Positions 51,072 to 64,000 of a stretch of DNA of 64,000 nucleotides are shown here, piece after piece. Each line of letters opens with the position of its first letter. The first letter of the stretch is position 1. The notes below the pieces were generated by a model, which was not told where the DNA came from, did not search any database, and saw only the letters and a program-made list of their open reading frames with translations. The position numbers and the translations under genes are program-made. Where the stretch lies: the NCBI RefSeq assembly GCF_006345805.1, contig NC_043015.1, forward strand, positions 38,936,001-39,000,000, given 5' to 3'. Origin of the DNA: Octopus sinensis (taxonomy: Eukaryota).

Positions 51072-52272
51072 CAAAGACGTAGAATTTAATTAAATTAGAA
51101 CAATTGGACACATCAGCATAATTATACTTAAAATCTCCAAGAGGTTTAAGGAGAGAGACAAAGAACATGCTGTCTCCACTCCAGCACTCTTGCATGGTTT
51201 ATTGTTCCGCTTGTAATGTGCGAATCATTTGGTTGACTTCTTTATGTATGTATGTATGTATGTATGTATGTATGTACGTTTGTTTGTATGTATGTTTGTA
51301 CGTATGCACATATATGTATATGTGTGTGTATGTGTGTATGATAGTATGTATGCACGTATGAATGTATGCATGTATTATGTGTTATTTTTTCTTTTTTTTT
51401 CTTTAATTCTTTGAATTATTTCTACAAGAAAGGCAATGGTGTTCTGCCAAATGAAAAAAATAAACTCTTCACTGGAGTTTAGATAACAACAGCAGTGAAG
51501 ACCTCCATGTTGAATATGTGAAAAGTCGTCTCAATTTTTCTGTTCCTAGATTGTATTTGAAATAACTCGTTGGTCGGTCACCTTCTTTGTTTGAAAACAC
51601 CAATTTTTCGAGATTGCCTCCTCTACTTTTGCTGCCAATATCTAAAAGTAAAAATTCTTGCTAATCTTATTTTACTCGTGGTTCAAAAAGACAAAGATTG
51701 ATGTTCCATCAAGTCTAAACTATCGTATTTCTACAAATCGTTTGTCCTTGAGGTTTGTTTTCTTTTAATTGCCTTTCATCCTCTTTAATTAAAAAAAAAC
51801 TTAACCAGAATCATAATTAAAAAAACAACTTCCACACTCATTTATATACCACAGTACAAATCTGATCCGAGCCGTTTTCCTACATCGATATATGCATTAG
51901 AGATCGATAATATTTATAGCAACATTTTATCTACTTTAGCCTCTTATTAATAATTAATTTTGGGCTCCGATCTAACAAGCAGTGAGCCTTAAACAAAAAC
52001 TAAGGCTCTCACGCGTTTGCTTCGTCCTTTCATTATCCCACTCCCCTCCCTTTCTATTACGTTCCTTTCCTCTCACCTTCACCTTTTACGTCCATACAAT
52101 TTTCTATGCATTCGATACTTACACCTCCTTCTCCCTCTCTCTCTTCAATCTCCATATGACTCCCCTTCTCCTTCCTCTCGGTCTGTCTGTCTCTGTCTAT
52201 CTCTCTCTCTCTCTCTTCCTCCCTCTCGTTTACTCTTTTATTTTCTATTTCTTTTACATCTTTATTCTATAA

Positions 52273-52665
52273 CTAGCAGTATCGCCCGGCGTTGTTCGGG
52301 TTTGTTTCGACCCTTTAGAATTGGAATTTTTGAAAAGTAAAAATTTTGCCTCATGTAGCTTGTTATTCTCTTTAAGTGAACATGTTTCTGGTTGAAATAC
52401 ACCGAAAAATGGCGACACAGCAGTCAAAAAACCGTAAAAAATAGGGATTTTCATAGAAAAAAAAGCACCTTTTTGATGTAAATAATTTTTGGTGTTAATA
52501 TGGTCTGATTTGAATTTTTTCTTCTACGGAAGGAAGAGCAAGCCTTCTTCTATCATACTTTCAATTTTGGTCAACTTGCGCCGCAGGGTCTTGGAGGAGA
52601 TAGTGTTAGTTGAAGGCTACCAAACCTGCCACACACACACAACTTCAGATTTATATATCTAGAGA
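52273..52665 (-). mobile_element. Non-autonomous Helitron, second copy
   Basis: Reverse complement of 34655-35047 with the same termini and length. Confidence 0.85.
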
Positions 52666-52732
52666 TTTAATTTCCCCATAACTTCCGTTTCACTTCAGGG
52701 TTTTTTTTTTTTTTCAAAATAAACTTTCTTTA

Positions 52733-53102
52733 TTCTTTACTTGTTTCAGTCATTTGACTGCGGCGATGCTGGAGCACCGCCTTTAGTCGAGCAAATCGAC
52801 CCCAGGACGTATTCTTTGTAAGCCTAGTACTTATTCTATCGGTCTCTTTTTGCCGAACCGCTAAGTTACGTGAACGTAAACACACCAGCATCGGTTGTCA
52901 GGTGATGTTGGAGGGACAAACACAGACACACAAACACACACACACACATATATATATATATACATATATACGACGAGCTTCTTTCAGTTTCCGTCTACCA
53001 AATCCACTCACAAGACTTTGGTCGGCCCGGGGCTATAGTAGAAGACATTTGCCCAAGGTGCCACGCAGTGGGACTGAACCTGGAACCATGTGCTTGGTAA
53101 GC
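52733..53102 (-). mobile_element. SINE family B
   Basis: Colinear with the other copies. Confidence 0.85.
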
Positions 53103-53459
53103 ACATATTTCCACCCAGAAGGAGACAACATCTTCTCGTGAAAGAGCTTCTATGAAGTTCACTGCTCCTCCTCTCGTGTCTCTGAACACCGTTGCCTGGT
53201 TCCGGTTTAATTTTTGCTTATTGTTTTTCTCTCGGTTTCTTCTCTTTTGACGTAGGAGTTTCTCCCTGAGAGCTTTCAGTTCCTGCTCGAGATTGATCAG
53301 TTTGCAAGCGACGAGTGTTCTCGGCTTTTTATGCCGTGTCCAGTGTTGGAGTTTGCTTACTTTGGTAGCTTAAGTTATTCTTTCTTGAAAATTTTTAGTA
53401 AGGGCACATTTCACCGTTATACAACTTTGACTACTACTACTACTACTACAACTACTACA

Positions 53460-53491
<32 letters not shown>

Positions 53492-53714
53492 AACTACTAC
53501 TGCTGCTGTTGTTAAGCAAGAAGACGGGTAAGGGTGATTAGGTGATGGCCTAGGGCTTAGGGGCGGGGACCCCAGACCTTGGGAAAAAAACAAAAATACT
53601 TTAGTCGTCTTGTTGTAGTCGAGGGTTCTTCGTTGACGCCCGACACCACTGGGAGGTGGCCCTGGAAATGGAGATCTCCAGGTCCAAATTCTTGAACGGC
53701 TACTGCTGCTGCTG

Positions 53715-53762
<48 letters not shown>

Positions 53763-54568
53763 GCACCACCACTACTACTACTACTATGTATGTGTATATA
53801 TGTATGTATGTTTGCGAATGTATGTGTGTATGTATGTATGTATGTGTGTGTATGTATGTGTGTGTGTAAGCATATATATGTGTGTATGTATGTATGTGTG
53901 TATTTATGTATGTGTGTGTACGTATGTATGTGTGCACATATGTATGTATATGTGTATATATGTATGTTTGCGAATGTATGTGTGTATGTATGTATGTATG
54001 TGTGTGTATGTATGTGTGTGTGTAAGCATATATATGTGTGTATGTATGTATGTGTGTGTACGTATGTATGTGTGCACATATGTATGTATATGTGTATATA
54101 TGTATGTATGTTTGTGAATGTGTGTACATGTATGTATGCATGTATGTATGTATGTATGTATGTATGTATGTATGTATGTATGTGAGTACATGTATGTGCG
54201 TGTGTAAGCATATATGTATGTAGGTGGGTAGGTGGGTAGGTATGCGATGCGATACGAGTCCAGTTGTTTACATACCTCGATGTCGAAGGGAAACACACGT
54301 GTCACAATGCACAGACGTCAATGTCATGTTGCACAAAACTAAATTAATTAAATATTTCTAAATCGAATTTTATATTTCAGGTAAACAGACAGGATGTTCG
54401 TGGCTGTGGATGATACAATGTGTGTGTGTGTGTGTGTGTGTGGTTTGACATTAAATTATATAATTGTAGTTTGGGTAGCAATATAGTCATGTGCAGAGTG
54501 TTGGTTTGTGTGTAGCCTTTATAGACAATTCTTCTTCTTCTTCTTCTTCTTCTTATTATTATTATTAA

Positions 54569-54612
<44 letters not shown>

Positions 54613-55008
54613 GCACACCGGACAAAATACCAATCACCATTTCGGCCGTCGGGATTTGGGAAAGAAATTAGTGACCGGTGAAGGGATGCCCGCAGCAATG
54701 CCCCACCCCATCATATTTACATTAACAACACACTAATATTTAATGTTAGTTCTACCACATTGTACCAATAACAGACTGTACCCCATTGTACTCCACTGTA
54801 CGCCACATTATACTAACAAGCCACTACTGTAACCCTGGAGTATACCATCGTACGTCCATACCCGACCGACATTCACTTCGCACTTCACTAACGCCTCATT
54901 ACGCAAACGCAACTCGAACCACATTACATTAATAACACTCTGCATTAACATCGCATCACATCAACACAGCCAGACACTAACACCAAACAGCACACACACA
55001 GACATACA

Positions 55009-55047
<39 letters not shown>

Positions 55048-55354
55048 GACAAGAATTTTGCTGAATATTTCGGTTTTCCATCAGTCTATAAGGACGGCAT
55101 CTTAGGTGTTCGGTGGGTTCTCATTGTGAGTAATTACAAGAACAATAGCAACAATTTAAATACGGATCCTTTCTACATTTGGGACAAGGGCGAAGATTTC
55201 GGGAAAGGGTCAAGTGGATTACATCGACCCCAATGCTCAACTGGAGTTTATTTTATCGACTCCCGAAAGGATGAAAAGCAAGGTCGACCTCGATGGAATT
55301 TATACTCTGAACGTAAACCTTCAGTCAACACATTAGCTGATCTTTGATGTCTTC

Positions 55355-55518
55355 TCGCAATACCAGAGGGCGCACACTCTCCTACCCTGATGTAATCTCC
55401 AGGGATACAGGCATCCAGCAACAGGACCTCCGTAATGCTATGATGGACCGTGAAGTCTGGCGTAACATAGTAAATTCCATTGTCTCGACCACGGTCGAAC
55501 AATGAATGATGATGATGA
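55355..55518 (+). mobile_element. 5'-truncated RTE-type LINE end with (TGA)n tail and 10-bp TSD
   Basis: TSD TGATGTCTTC at 55345-55354 and 55519-55528; DL.NAMMDREVW motif. Confidence 0.75.
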
Positions 55519-56438
55519 TGATGTCTTCAGATTTACCATTAAATTGAGCAAATGCCTGATTTCTTTTCCGAGTTTAGTCATTCTGTGACATTGGGCTCCT
55601 CCTATTTCCCATCTTTCAACCATTTTTTTCTGCTTATTCTTTTCCTTTTTCCTCTTCAACAGTTTGCAAAATCTGTGGCCTCCTTTTCTCTTCCATTGTC
55701 GTAAGGTAATAGATGTTCTTTTTAATGTAAGAGGTTGGTGGCTTCGGTTTCCTGCTTACCAGTTTCTAGGATTCTTTCATTAATTCTCAATCCTCGACTG
55801 GTGTGCCTTCACAATAACATTTTTTTATGATTCTCTCTTATGGTAGCTGCCGCCGATCTTCTCTTCTCGTTTACCAGTTGTTCCGAAGAAAAAGGCCTTT
55901 ACTTCATTGCAGATGATAAGATGTGATTAGAGGATGTTTAGGTTGCTATTTCTAACCTGTGTCGAATGACTCCAAAGAGGATCCCAGTCATCAGGGGCTA
56001 CAGATGGAGGAATAAATCAGCAGAATATCCCAAGAATGCATTGCTATCGATATTGCCGGGGAGAATTATGAACTTTGGCAGGAACGGAATTGGCAACGTC
56101 ACTGTAACCACGAATTTAATTGATGAACCTTGGCTTTGAGAATAAATGCCGTAAGTGAATAAATCTGGATAAGCTTGGATTTTCAGAAAAAGAAATCAAC
56201 CAACTAACACGCATATCATAAATACAATGTGTAAGCGGAACAATAAAAATATGCAAGACTTCTCCCAGGTTCAAAACATGATGTTGTTATCTACATTCCA
56301 TCGATGGAGCTTTGTATCTTTGTTAGAAACCAGATCTTTTTCTCAAAGGAAGAATTTATATAATTAAAAACAGAATAGAGCATATTTAAATACGTATATG
56401 TGTGTGTTTGTGTATTTGTGTGTGTGTGTGTGCCTGTC

Positions 56439-56538
56439 NNNNNNNNNNNNNNNNNNNNNNNNNNNNNNNNNNNNNNNNNNNNNNNNNNNNNNNNNNNNNN
56501 NNNNNNNNNNNNNNNNNNNNNNNNNNNNNNNNNNNNNN
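56439..56538. other. Assembly gap (100 N)
   Basis: Run of N inside a SINE B copy. Confidence 0.99.
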
Positions 56539-56948
56539 CTAAAAGCGGTGCTCCAGCATGGCCACAGTCAAATGACTGAAACAAGTAAAAAGAGTAAAAG
56601 GGAGTATAGGCACAAAACCTAAAATTTGAGAGAAGGGATGCTGGCTGATTACTTCGACCCCAGTACTTGTCTGGTACTTATTTTATCGACCCCTTAAAGG
56701 ATGAAAGGTAAAGTCGACCTCGGCGGAATTTGAGGACATGAAGACGGACGAAATGCCGCGGAACATTTTGTCCGGTCTGCTGACGATTCTGCCCGCTCGC
56801 ACCAGATTGAAATTAAGAGGAACTTTGATAAGTTGACCGTCCCCTTACGACTCCCGGCTCGGCAGCTGAAGATGCGAAAGATGCGAATAAGATTCCCAGA
56901 AGCGAAGGAATGGAACAGGTGAAACACGGAAAACGCGTATGTATACAC

Positions 56949-56994
<46 letters not shown>

Positions 56995-57087
56995 TTTGAG
57001 GATGTAATTTCCTTATAAGGGTTTGTTGATAATAATCCAGATGCCAACTGGCTTTATCAAACATATTGAAAGAAACTTCCTCAATGC

Positions 57088-57500
57088 CGCAGGAGTGGCT
57101 GTGTGGTAAGTAGCTTGCTAACCAACCACATGGTTCCGGGTTCAGTCCCACTGCGTGGCATCTTAGGCAAGTGTCTTCTACTATAGCCCCGGGCCGACCA
57201 ATGCCTTGTGAGTGGATTTGGTAGACGGAAACTGAAAGAAGCCTGTCGTATATATGTATATATATATATATGTGCATGTGTGTGTGTTTGTGTGTCTGTG
57301 TTTGTCCCCCTAGCATTGCTTGACAACCGATGCTGGTGTGTTTATGTCCCCGTTACTTAGCGGTTTGGCAAAAAAGACCGATAGAATATAGGCTTACAAA
57401 AAGAATAAGTCCCGGGGTCGAGTTGTTCAATTAAAGGCGGTGCTCCAGCATCGCCGCAGTCAAATGACTGAAACAAGTAAAAGAGTAAAAGAGTAAAGAG
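57088..57500 (+). mobile_element. SINE family B
   Basis: Colinear with 16228-16650. Partial copies also at 10026-10130, 60157-60243 and 63527-63700. Confidence 0.85.
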
Positions 57501-57530
57501 TATATATGTACAAACAGTCTTAATAACTTA

Positions 57531-57805
57531 TAAAATTAATAAAAGACGATGGAGAAGAAAGAATATAATAGAAACTTGGTTAATTTCATTTGTATCACAA
57601 TGGGAAAGTAATGCAGAGTAAAAGGGATACCAAGGATGAGGATAAAAGGAACCGGAGCAACGAAATAACCCCAACATATTGTTTCGTTGATCCGGTTCCT
57701 TTTATCCTTATAAGTATCACTTTTACTTTGCATTACTTTCCCATTGTGATACAAAAGAAATTAACCAAGTGTCTATTATAATTTTCTTCCCTATTTTCAT
57801 TATTA

Positions 57806-57811
<6 letters not shown>
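57531..57811. repeat. Foldback with about 135-bp arms and a 10-nt loop
   Basis: TAAAATTAATAA...CAACGAAATAA ccccaacata TTGTTTCGTTG...TTATTAATTTTA; abuts (CA)n. Confidence 0.85.
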
Positions 57812-57844
<33 letters not shown>

Positions 57845-57845
57845 C

Positions 57846-57891
<46 letters not shown>

Positions 57892-58316
57892 ATACATACA
57901 TATATACATATATATATATATACATATATATATATACACATATATATATATATACACATACATATGTATACGTGTATATATATATATATATATATAATAT
58001 ATATAATATATTCTGTTCGGCAACAAAAGACTGCCAGAACAAAATGTAGGCATAAATAAAATGAAGGAAAATCAGTTCTGTGGTCGATACGTTCGATTAG
58101 GAATTCTTCAAGGCGGTGCCCCAGCATGGGCGCAGTCTAATGAATGAAACAAGTTAAAGATAAAAGATAAAAGATTTATTCGTGCAGACATACACCTGTA
58201 CGCAGGTGAAGGCTGTATGTAATGTGTGTGTGTATGTATATATGTATGTGTGTGTATGTATGTATGCATGTATGTTAGTGTGTATGTACGTGTGAGTATG
58301 TATATATGTGTGTATG

Positions 58317-58350
<34 letters not shown>

Positions 58351-59161
58351 TGTATGTATGTATGTATGTATGTATGTGTGTGTATGTATGTATGTATGTA
58401 TGTATGTATGTATGTATGTATGTATGTGTATGCATGTATGTATGTATGTGTGAGAGTATGTATGTGTGTGTATGAATGTATGTATATATGTATGTATGAA
58501 TGTATGTGTACGTATATATGTATGTGTATGTATATATGAATGTATCTGTGTATCTATGTATGTATGTATGTGTATGTGTGTATGTATGTATATGTATATA
58601 TGTATGTGTACGTATGTATGTGTGTGAATATGTATGTGTGTATATGCATTCATGTATGTATATATGTGTGTAAGTGTGTGTGTATATATATGCATATATG
58701 TATGTATGTTTGCAAATATGTATGTATATATTTATATATGTATGTATGTGAGTGTGTATGTATGCGTGTGTGTATGTAACATGCATAGTATTTACATATG
58801 CATGTACTTGTATGTATGTTATTTGTGCATCTAGTCTGCATATTAGATGTATGCATTATACGTGAGTTGGTCGTGCAACCACACTTTGCCCGCTTTTATT
58901 TTATGCGTGTTGTGTAAAATGGAAACTTTTGCCGCGGCTGAATATTTCCCAAGCACCGGCGCCGAGCTGGCAGAATCGTTAGCACGTCGGGTAAAACCGC
59001 TTAACGGCATTTCGTCCGTTGCTACGTTCTCAGTTCAAATTCCGCCGAGGTCGGCTTTACCTTTCATCTTTTCGGAGGTCGATTAAATAAGTACCAGTTG
59101 AATACTGGGGTCGATTTAATCGACTCATCCCTTCCCCCAAAATTGCTGCCCTTGTGGCAAA

Positions 59162-59493
59162 CAGTCGTGTTTGTTCGTTCGTTTGTCCGTGGACCAGATA
59201 TTTCAAGAACTGCTGGATGGATTCGGATGAAACTTTCAGGGATGCTTGACCTCATACTGGCATGAACTGATTAGATTATGGGATCGATCCGATACCGGAC
59301 AAGGATTCTGGATTATTTTTCCGTGTTTTTTACTTAACCCTTGAGAGCGGTCGGGTTCATTTTTAGTATTCTCGTTTGTGAGAGCAATCGAGTTTATTTC
59401 AGATATTCTCGTTTTAAAAATCGTCTCCGGCTAATCGTTGAGAGGACGTTGGTGTTGCCTTGGCGGAGGTTTGCGCTCTCTGAATGCTCTTGT
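59162..59493 (+). mobile_element. Helentron/HINE-like non-autonomous element, 5'-truncated
   Basis: (GTTC/GTTT)n near the 5' end and a 3' end CCTTGGCGGAGGTTTGCGCTCTCTGAATGC, typical of a HINE subTIR plus hairpin (recalled pattern). Confidence 0.6.
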
Positions 59494-60994
59494 TGTTATT
59501 ATTAGCTTCGTCATGTCTTTATGTTCTGAGTTTAAATGCTGTCGCGGTGAACTTATTTCAGAGTTGATAAATTAAGTAACAGTGAAGCACTAGGGACAAT
59601 AATCGGCAAGCCCTCTCCCCAGATCTCCAAGCCTTGTGCCTGTTGCAGAAGGGACCATTATTATTTGAAGGTCGGGTAAAATGCTTTGTGACATTTCGTA
59701 CGTCTTTAAGTTCTAAGTTCAAATTCCGACGAGGTCGAATTTACCTCTCATCCTTTCGGCGTCGAGGAAATAAGTACCAGTTGAGTAGTGGTGTCGGTGT
59801 AAACGACATATTCCCGACCCCCAACATTGCTGGCCTTGTGCCAAAATCTGATACCAATATTTACATTGAAATAAGGCGGCGAACTGGTAAAATCGTTAAC
59901 ACACCAGCCAAAATGCCGTGGCAGTATTTCGTACGTCTTTAAGATGAAGGTTCGAATTCCGCCGAGGTCGACTTTGCCTTCCATCCTTTCGGGGTCGATT
60001 AAATAAGTACCAGTTACACACTGGGGTCGATATAATCGACTTAATCCGTTTGTCTATCCTTGTTTGTCCTCTCTGTGTTTAGCCCCTTGTGGGTAGTAAA
60101 GAAATAGGCATTTCTTCTGCCATTACGTTCTGAGTTCAAATTCCGTCGAGGTCGATACTTGTCCAAGGTGCCACACAGTGGAACTGAACCCGGAACCATG
60201 TGGCTGGGAAGCAAGCTTCTTACCCCACAGCCATGCCTGCGCGTATGTACTTGAGAAATGCACGAAAACCATACAATCTCATCTCTCCTCAAGCCAACTC
60301 TTGTATCTACGTAATACACGAATATTTCCAAACTGTATCTTAAATATTTGAAACTATTTCACATTTAAAATGCTCGAGATTTAAGATGCAATTTGAGCAA
60401 ATGCTTTCGGTTAACGTCTAAATATCAGTGAATTCACTTGTTTGTATCACGCTGGGAGAGTCAGACTGTGTCTACATCCAAAGTGCTTAAATCTCGTTGT
60501 CTCTGTTGACCAAACTGCAAACAAGTGTCAAGCGGACACAGTTCAACGTTGGAAACATCTACAAACAGTGTCCATCCATCCATCACTCTATCCGTCTACC
60601 CGTCTATCCACCCATCCATCTTTTCTGCTCTCTATTCCTGGGAGGATCGAGAGGGAAGGGTCCTCTCCAGGCTGTGTAACTGACAAACGTCTTTTAATAA
60701 CCTGTAGAATTCCCCCCAATCTTCTACAAGAATTTACCGTTGATAAAGAGCCGGAGTCCACGGAAACGACTCGCCTTGAAGACTGTCTTTCGTTTGTGCC
60801 ATCTCAAACCACTGAGTCACTCTGGCCTGGTCCTGGCGCACAAAGACTGAGCCACACGTGAAATTGATATCCACTCTAGCTATAGGCTAGCATTATGATG
60901 ATGGTGGTGGTGGTGATGGTGATGATGTTGATGTAGCGCTTGTTGTGATGATGATGATGATGATAGCGGTGTGTGTTCCCATCTATAGCAAGAT

Positions 60995-61041
<47 letters not shown>

Positions 61042-61055
61042 GTATGTATGTATGC

Positions 61056-61097
<42 letters not shown>

Positions 61098-61160
61098 TAT
61101 ATATATATGCATATATATATATATATATATATATATGCATATATATAATATATATATATA

Positions 61161-61219
<59 letters not shown>

Positions 61220-62789
61220 CGGGAAGCTTTATGAAAATAGACAAAAGACGAAGGCAGGTTTACGGAAATATATATATATATATATATAAGTGAAATTACT
61301 CATGGAAGCTAATGTGTTCAAAACAATCTTTTATTTACACCAACAGAAAAGAAACACCAACAAATCAGCCTGTAGTTTTTGTTTGTTTGTCTATATTTTT
61401 TTTTACTCTAAAATCTAACGAAATCTGTTTTCTCTTTATTATGTCATGTACATTTGTTAATAATGGATTATTTGTATAACAGCCCTAATACAATCTATAT
61501 TTCATCGGTCTATTTAGGAGAAGCAGTCAAGCACGCTCTATTAGTTCCACCATAACGCACCGAATCTCACACAAAAAAAAAAGGAAAAAGGAAAAGGAAA
61601 AGAAAAGGAAAGCGTCGAGTCAATGGCGTGGTTTAACTGTTGTCTGCACAGTTTTTTTGTGTTATTGTTATTACTGGTGTTGTTGTTGTTGTTGCAGGTG
61701 GCTGTGGTATTGGCTGTGGTTGTGGTGGTGGGACCCGGCCCGGCCCGGCCCTTTGATCGAGAATTCATCAGCTAATCTCCACGCTCCTGAATGTAGCCAA
61801 TTAATGTTTAATTCTTCTGCTCGACTATATCAGCAGTCATTAATAGTTTAGTGCAGTTCCGTTGTTGTTCGGCGGACGATCTATTCTTGCCGGCCACTTG
61901 AGAACACAATGGACCTCTGGCAACTGGCTACTAAATAATATAACCGACTCCCGCTAGAAGAGAGCAATCACTTTAAAATGTGCAGCGTCCAATGAAGTTG
62001 GCCATAATCACTGAAAAGCGGGGTAGAATCAAGTTTTAGCTAATGACCACCGATCGATACATTTACACAATACCTGCACTCGTGTTCCATCACCGACTAC
62101 ACATACCATTGCAAACCAATTGCCAGCCCCCCTCCAGCCCCTCGCCCTCCGTTCATCACCCCCTACTATCTCTATATCACTTCTCTTTCTTCTTCTTCTT
62201 ATCAAATCTACACCATTTAACCTGATAAACTCCCAGTCAGTTCAGCTGGCGTCGTGGTTTCAAGTCATGGTTAAGGATACTTCACTCGCGCGACGTCATT
62301 AACTTAAACTTTTCCTCACGGAAAAAAAAATTATAAATAAATAAATAAAACACAGAATGAACGCCACACAATCTTATTCCACGCCTTGTTCTGTTCCTTA
62401 TCAAAGATTAGCCATTCACTTCCTACTCCACCTTCCCCCCTCTTAATCCTCGCTTTTATTCATCTCCACCCCTGTCACCACTTCCCCACCATCAGTTCGT
62501 TCACTTCTGATAATCCTTTAATCAAGCCCCGCGGTTCACAAACGGGGTCCCTACGGCCCTTTGCCGGGGGACGAGGGCGAGGGGGTTTCATGTAAGGTTT
62601 TGTTGTCAAAGTTTATACTCAGTAAATTGCATTTACTTGTATAAATATTTTCACAATTTTTGTTACATCAGTCCCTAATAATATTTAATTATAAAAAAAA
62701 TAATGGGGATTTTTTCTTTTTGCATGAAGGTCCAGTAGAGCGAAATAGGAATCAGAGAGGTCCATAGGTAACCCCTCTGATTCCTATTA

Positions 62790-63153
62790 AGGCGACGAGC
62801 TGGCAGAAACGTTAGCACGCCGGGCGAAATGCTTAGCAGTATTTCGTCTGCCGTTACGTTGTGAGTTCAAATTCCGCCGCGGTCGACTTTGCCTTTCATC
62901 TTTTCGAGGTCGATTAAATAAGTACCAGTTACGCACTGGGGTCGATGTAATCGACTTAATCCGTTTGTCTGTCTTTGTTTGTCCCCTCTGTGTGTAGCCC
63001 CTTGTGGGTAGTAAAGAAATAGATATTTCATCTGTCTTTATGTTCTGAGTTCAAATTCCGCCGAGGTCGACTTTGCCTTTCATCCTTTCGGGGTCGATTT
63101 AATCGATTTTCCCCCTCCCCCCAAATTTCGGGCTTTGTGTCCAGAGTAGAAAC
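62790..63153 (+). mobile_element. SINE family C, dimeric
   Basis: Colinear with 5769-6149. Confidence 0.85.
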
Positions 63154-63778
63154 AATATCTGGCCGGTTGTACTTTGAACGGGTCCATATTTTTATTGGAA
63201 TATTCCACCAACAATCTTTATTTTAAAAGGGATGAATATATTCTGCTTGGTGTGGCTTTCGCACAGCCACCAAAAAATCTTTCCTACCTAAGACAGGATA
63301 TGCAACCAGTAGAGGATGCATATAAACATTACCATAACACCGGCTCCCTTCATCAGGATGGAAAGATAATCCTCCTCTACGGGTGGCATATCCTGGCATT
63401 TTTGCACACTCCATCTGTCATTACAACTATGACATAACTCCGAGCAACCAGGAACAACATTCGGTCTTAAAGCCTTCTCCCTTTAGATTTCTGTATTCCA
63501 TATAAATTAATATATATTTTGCAAATAGGTGCAGGAGCGGCTGTGTAGTAAGATGCTTGCTTCCCAACCACATGGTTCCAGGTTCAGTCCCACCGTGTGG
63601 CATCTTGGGCAAGTGTCTTCTACAACAACCTCGGTCAGACCAAAGCCCTTGTGAGTGGATTTGACAGACGGAAACTGAAAGAAGCCCGTCGCATATATAT
63701 CATATATGCTATGCCTACATGGAGTCACTACACACACACATGTATATATATGTGTGTGTGTGTGTTGTGTGTGTGTGT

Positions 63779-63823
<45 letters not shown>

Positions 63824-63943
63824 TGAATTGTCTATCTTTAACATCTTACAACATGCAATTAATAATAACAAAATAATTATCGTTACAACTGCTGACATCG
63901 ACAATTCATAATATTGTGTACCAAATCAATTTAAAACCGTTAC

Positions 63944-63995
<52 letters not shown>

Positions 63996-64000
63996 ATAAA

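Noticed and set aside
56860-56885. CTGAAGA tgc GAAA
   Set aside because: No room for stem II and no stem I partner.
60442-60861. 139-aa ORF
   Set aside because: No ATG start, no recognisable domain or splice context; probably repeat-derived.

Overview
AT-rich, microsatellite- and SINE-dense animal DNA. The repeat families and style point to an octopus (coleoid cephalopod); this is inference. There is one real protein-coding gene, an Arx/aristaless-type Q50 paired-like homeobox gene on the + strand. Its CDS exons are 20209-20795, 27477-27522 and 46394-47050 (429 aa), with a 14-Ala tract and a C-terminal OAR motif. Almost all other ORFs in the track are microsatellite artefacts or retroelement debris. 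The rest of the window holds three tRNA-headed SINE families, CR1/L2-type, RTE and R4/Dong-type LINE remnants, two copies of a 393-bp Helitron, a MULE-type hairpin MITE with a 9-bp TSD, and other foldbacks. The most striking hidden layer is a Penelope-like element (PLE) system. It comprises two decayed PLE ORFs (RT; RT-thumb plus GIY-YIG) and at least eight minimal type-I hammerhead ribozyme (HHR) motifs with self-complementary stem III. These motifs belong to several unrelated small elements, mostly beside microsatellites. One young element inside the Arx intron (36659-37320) has inverted pLTR arms and has captured an exact 277-bp inverted copy of neighbouring host DNA. All alignments were done by eye; no database search was run.
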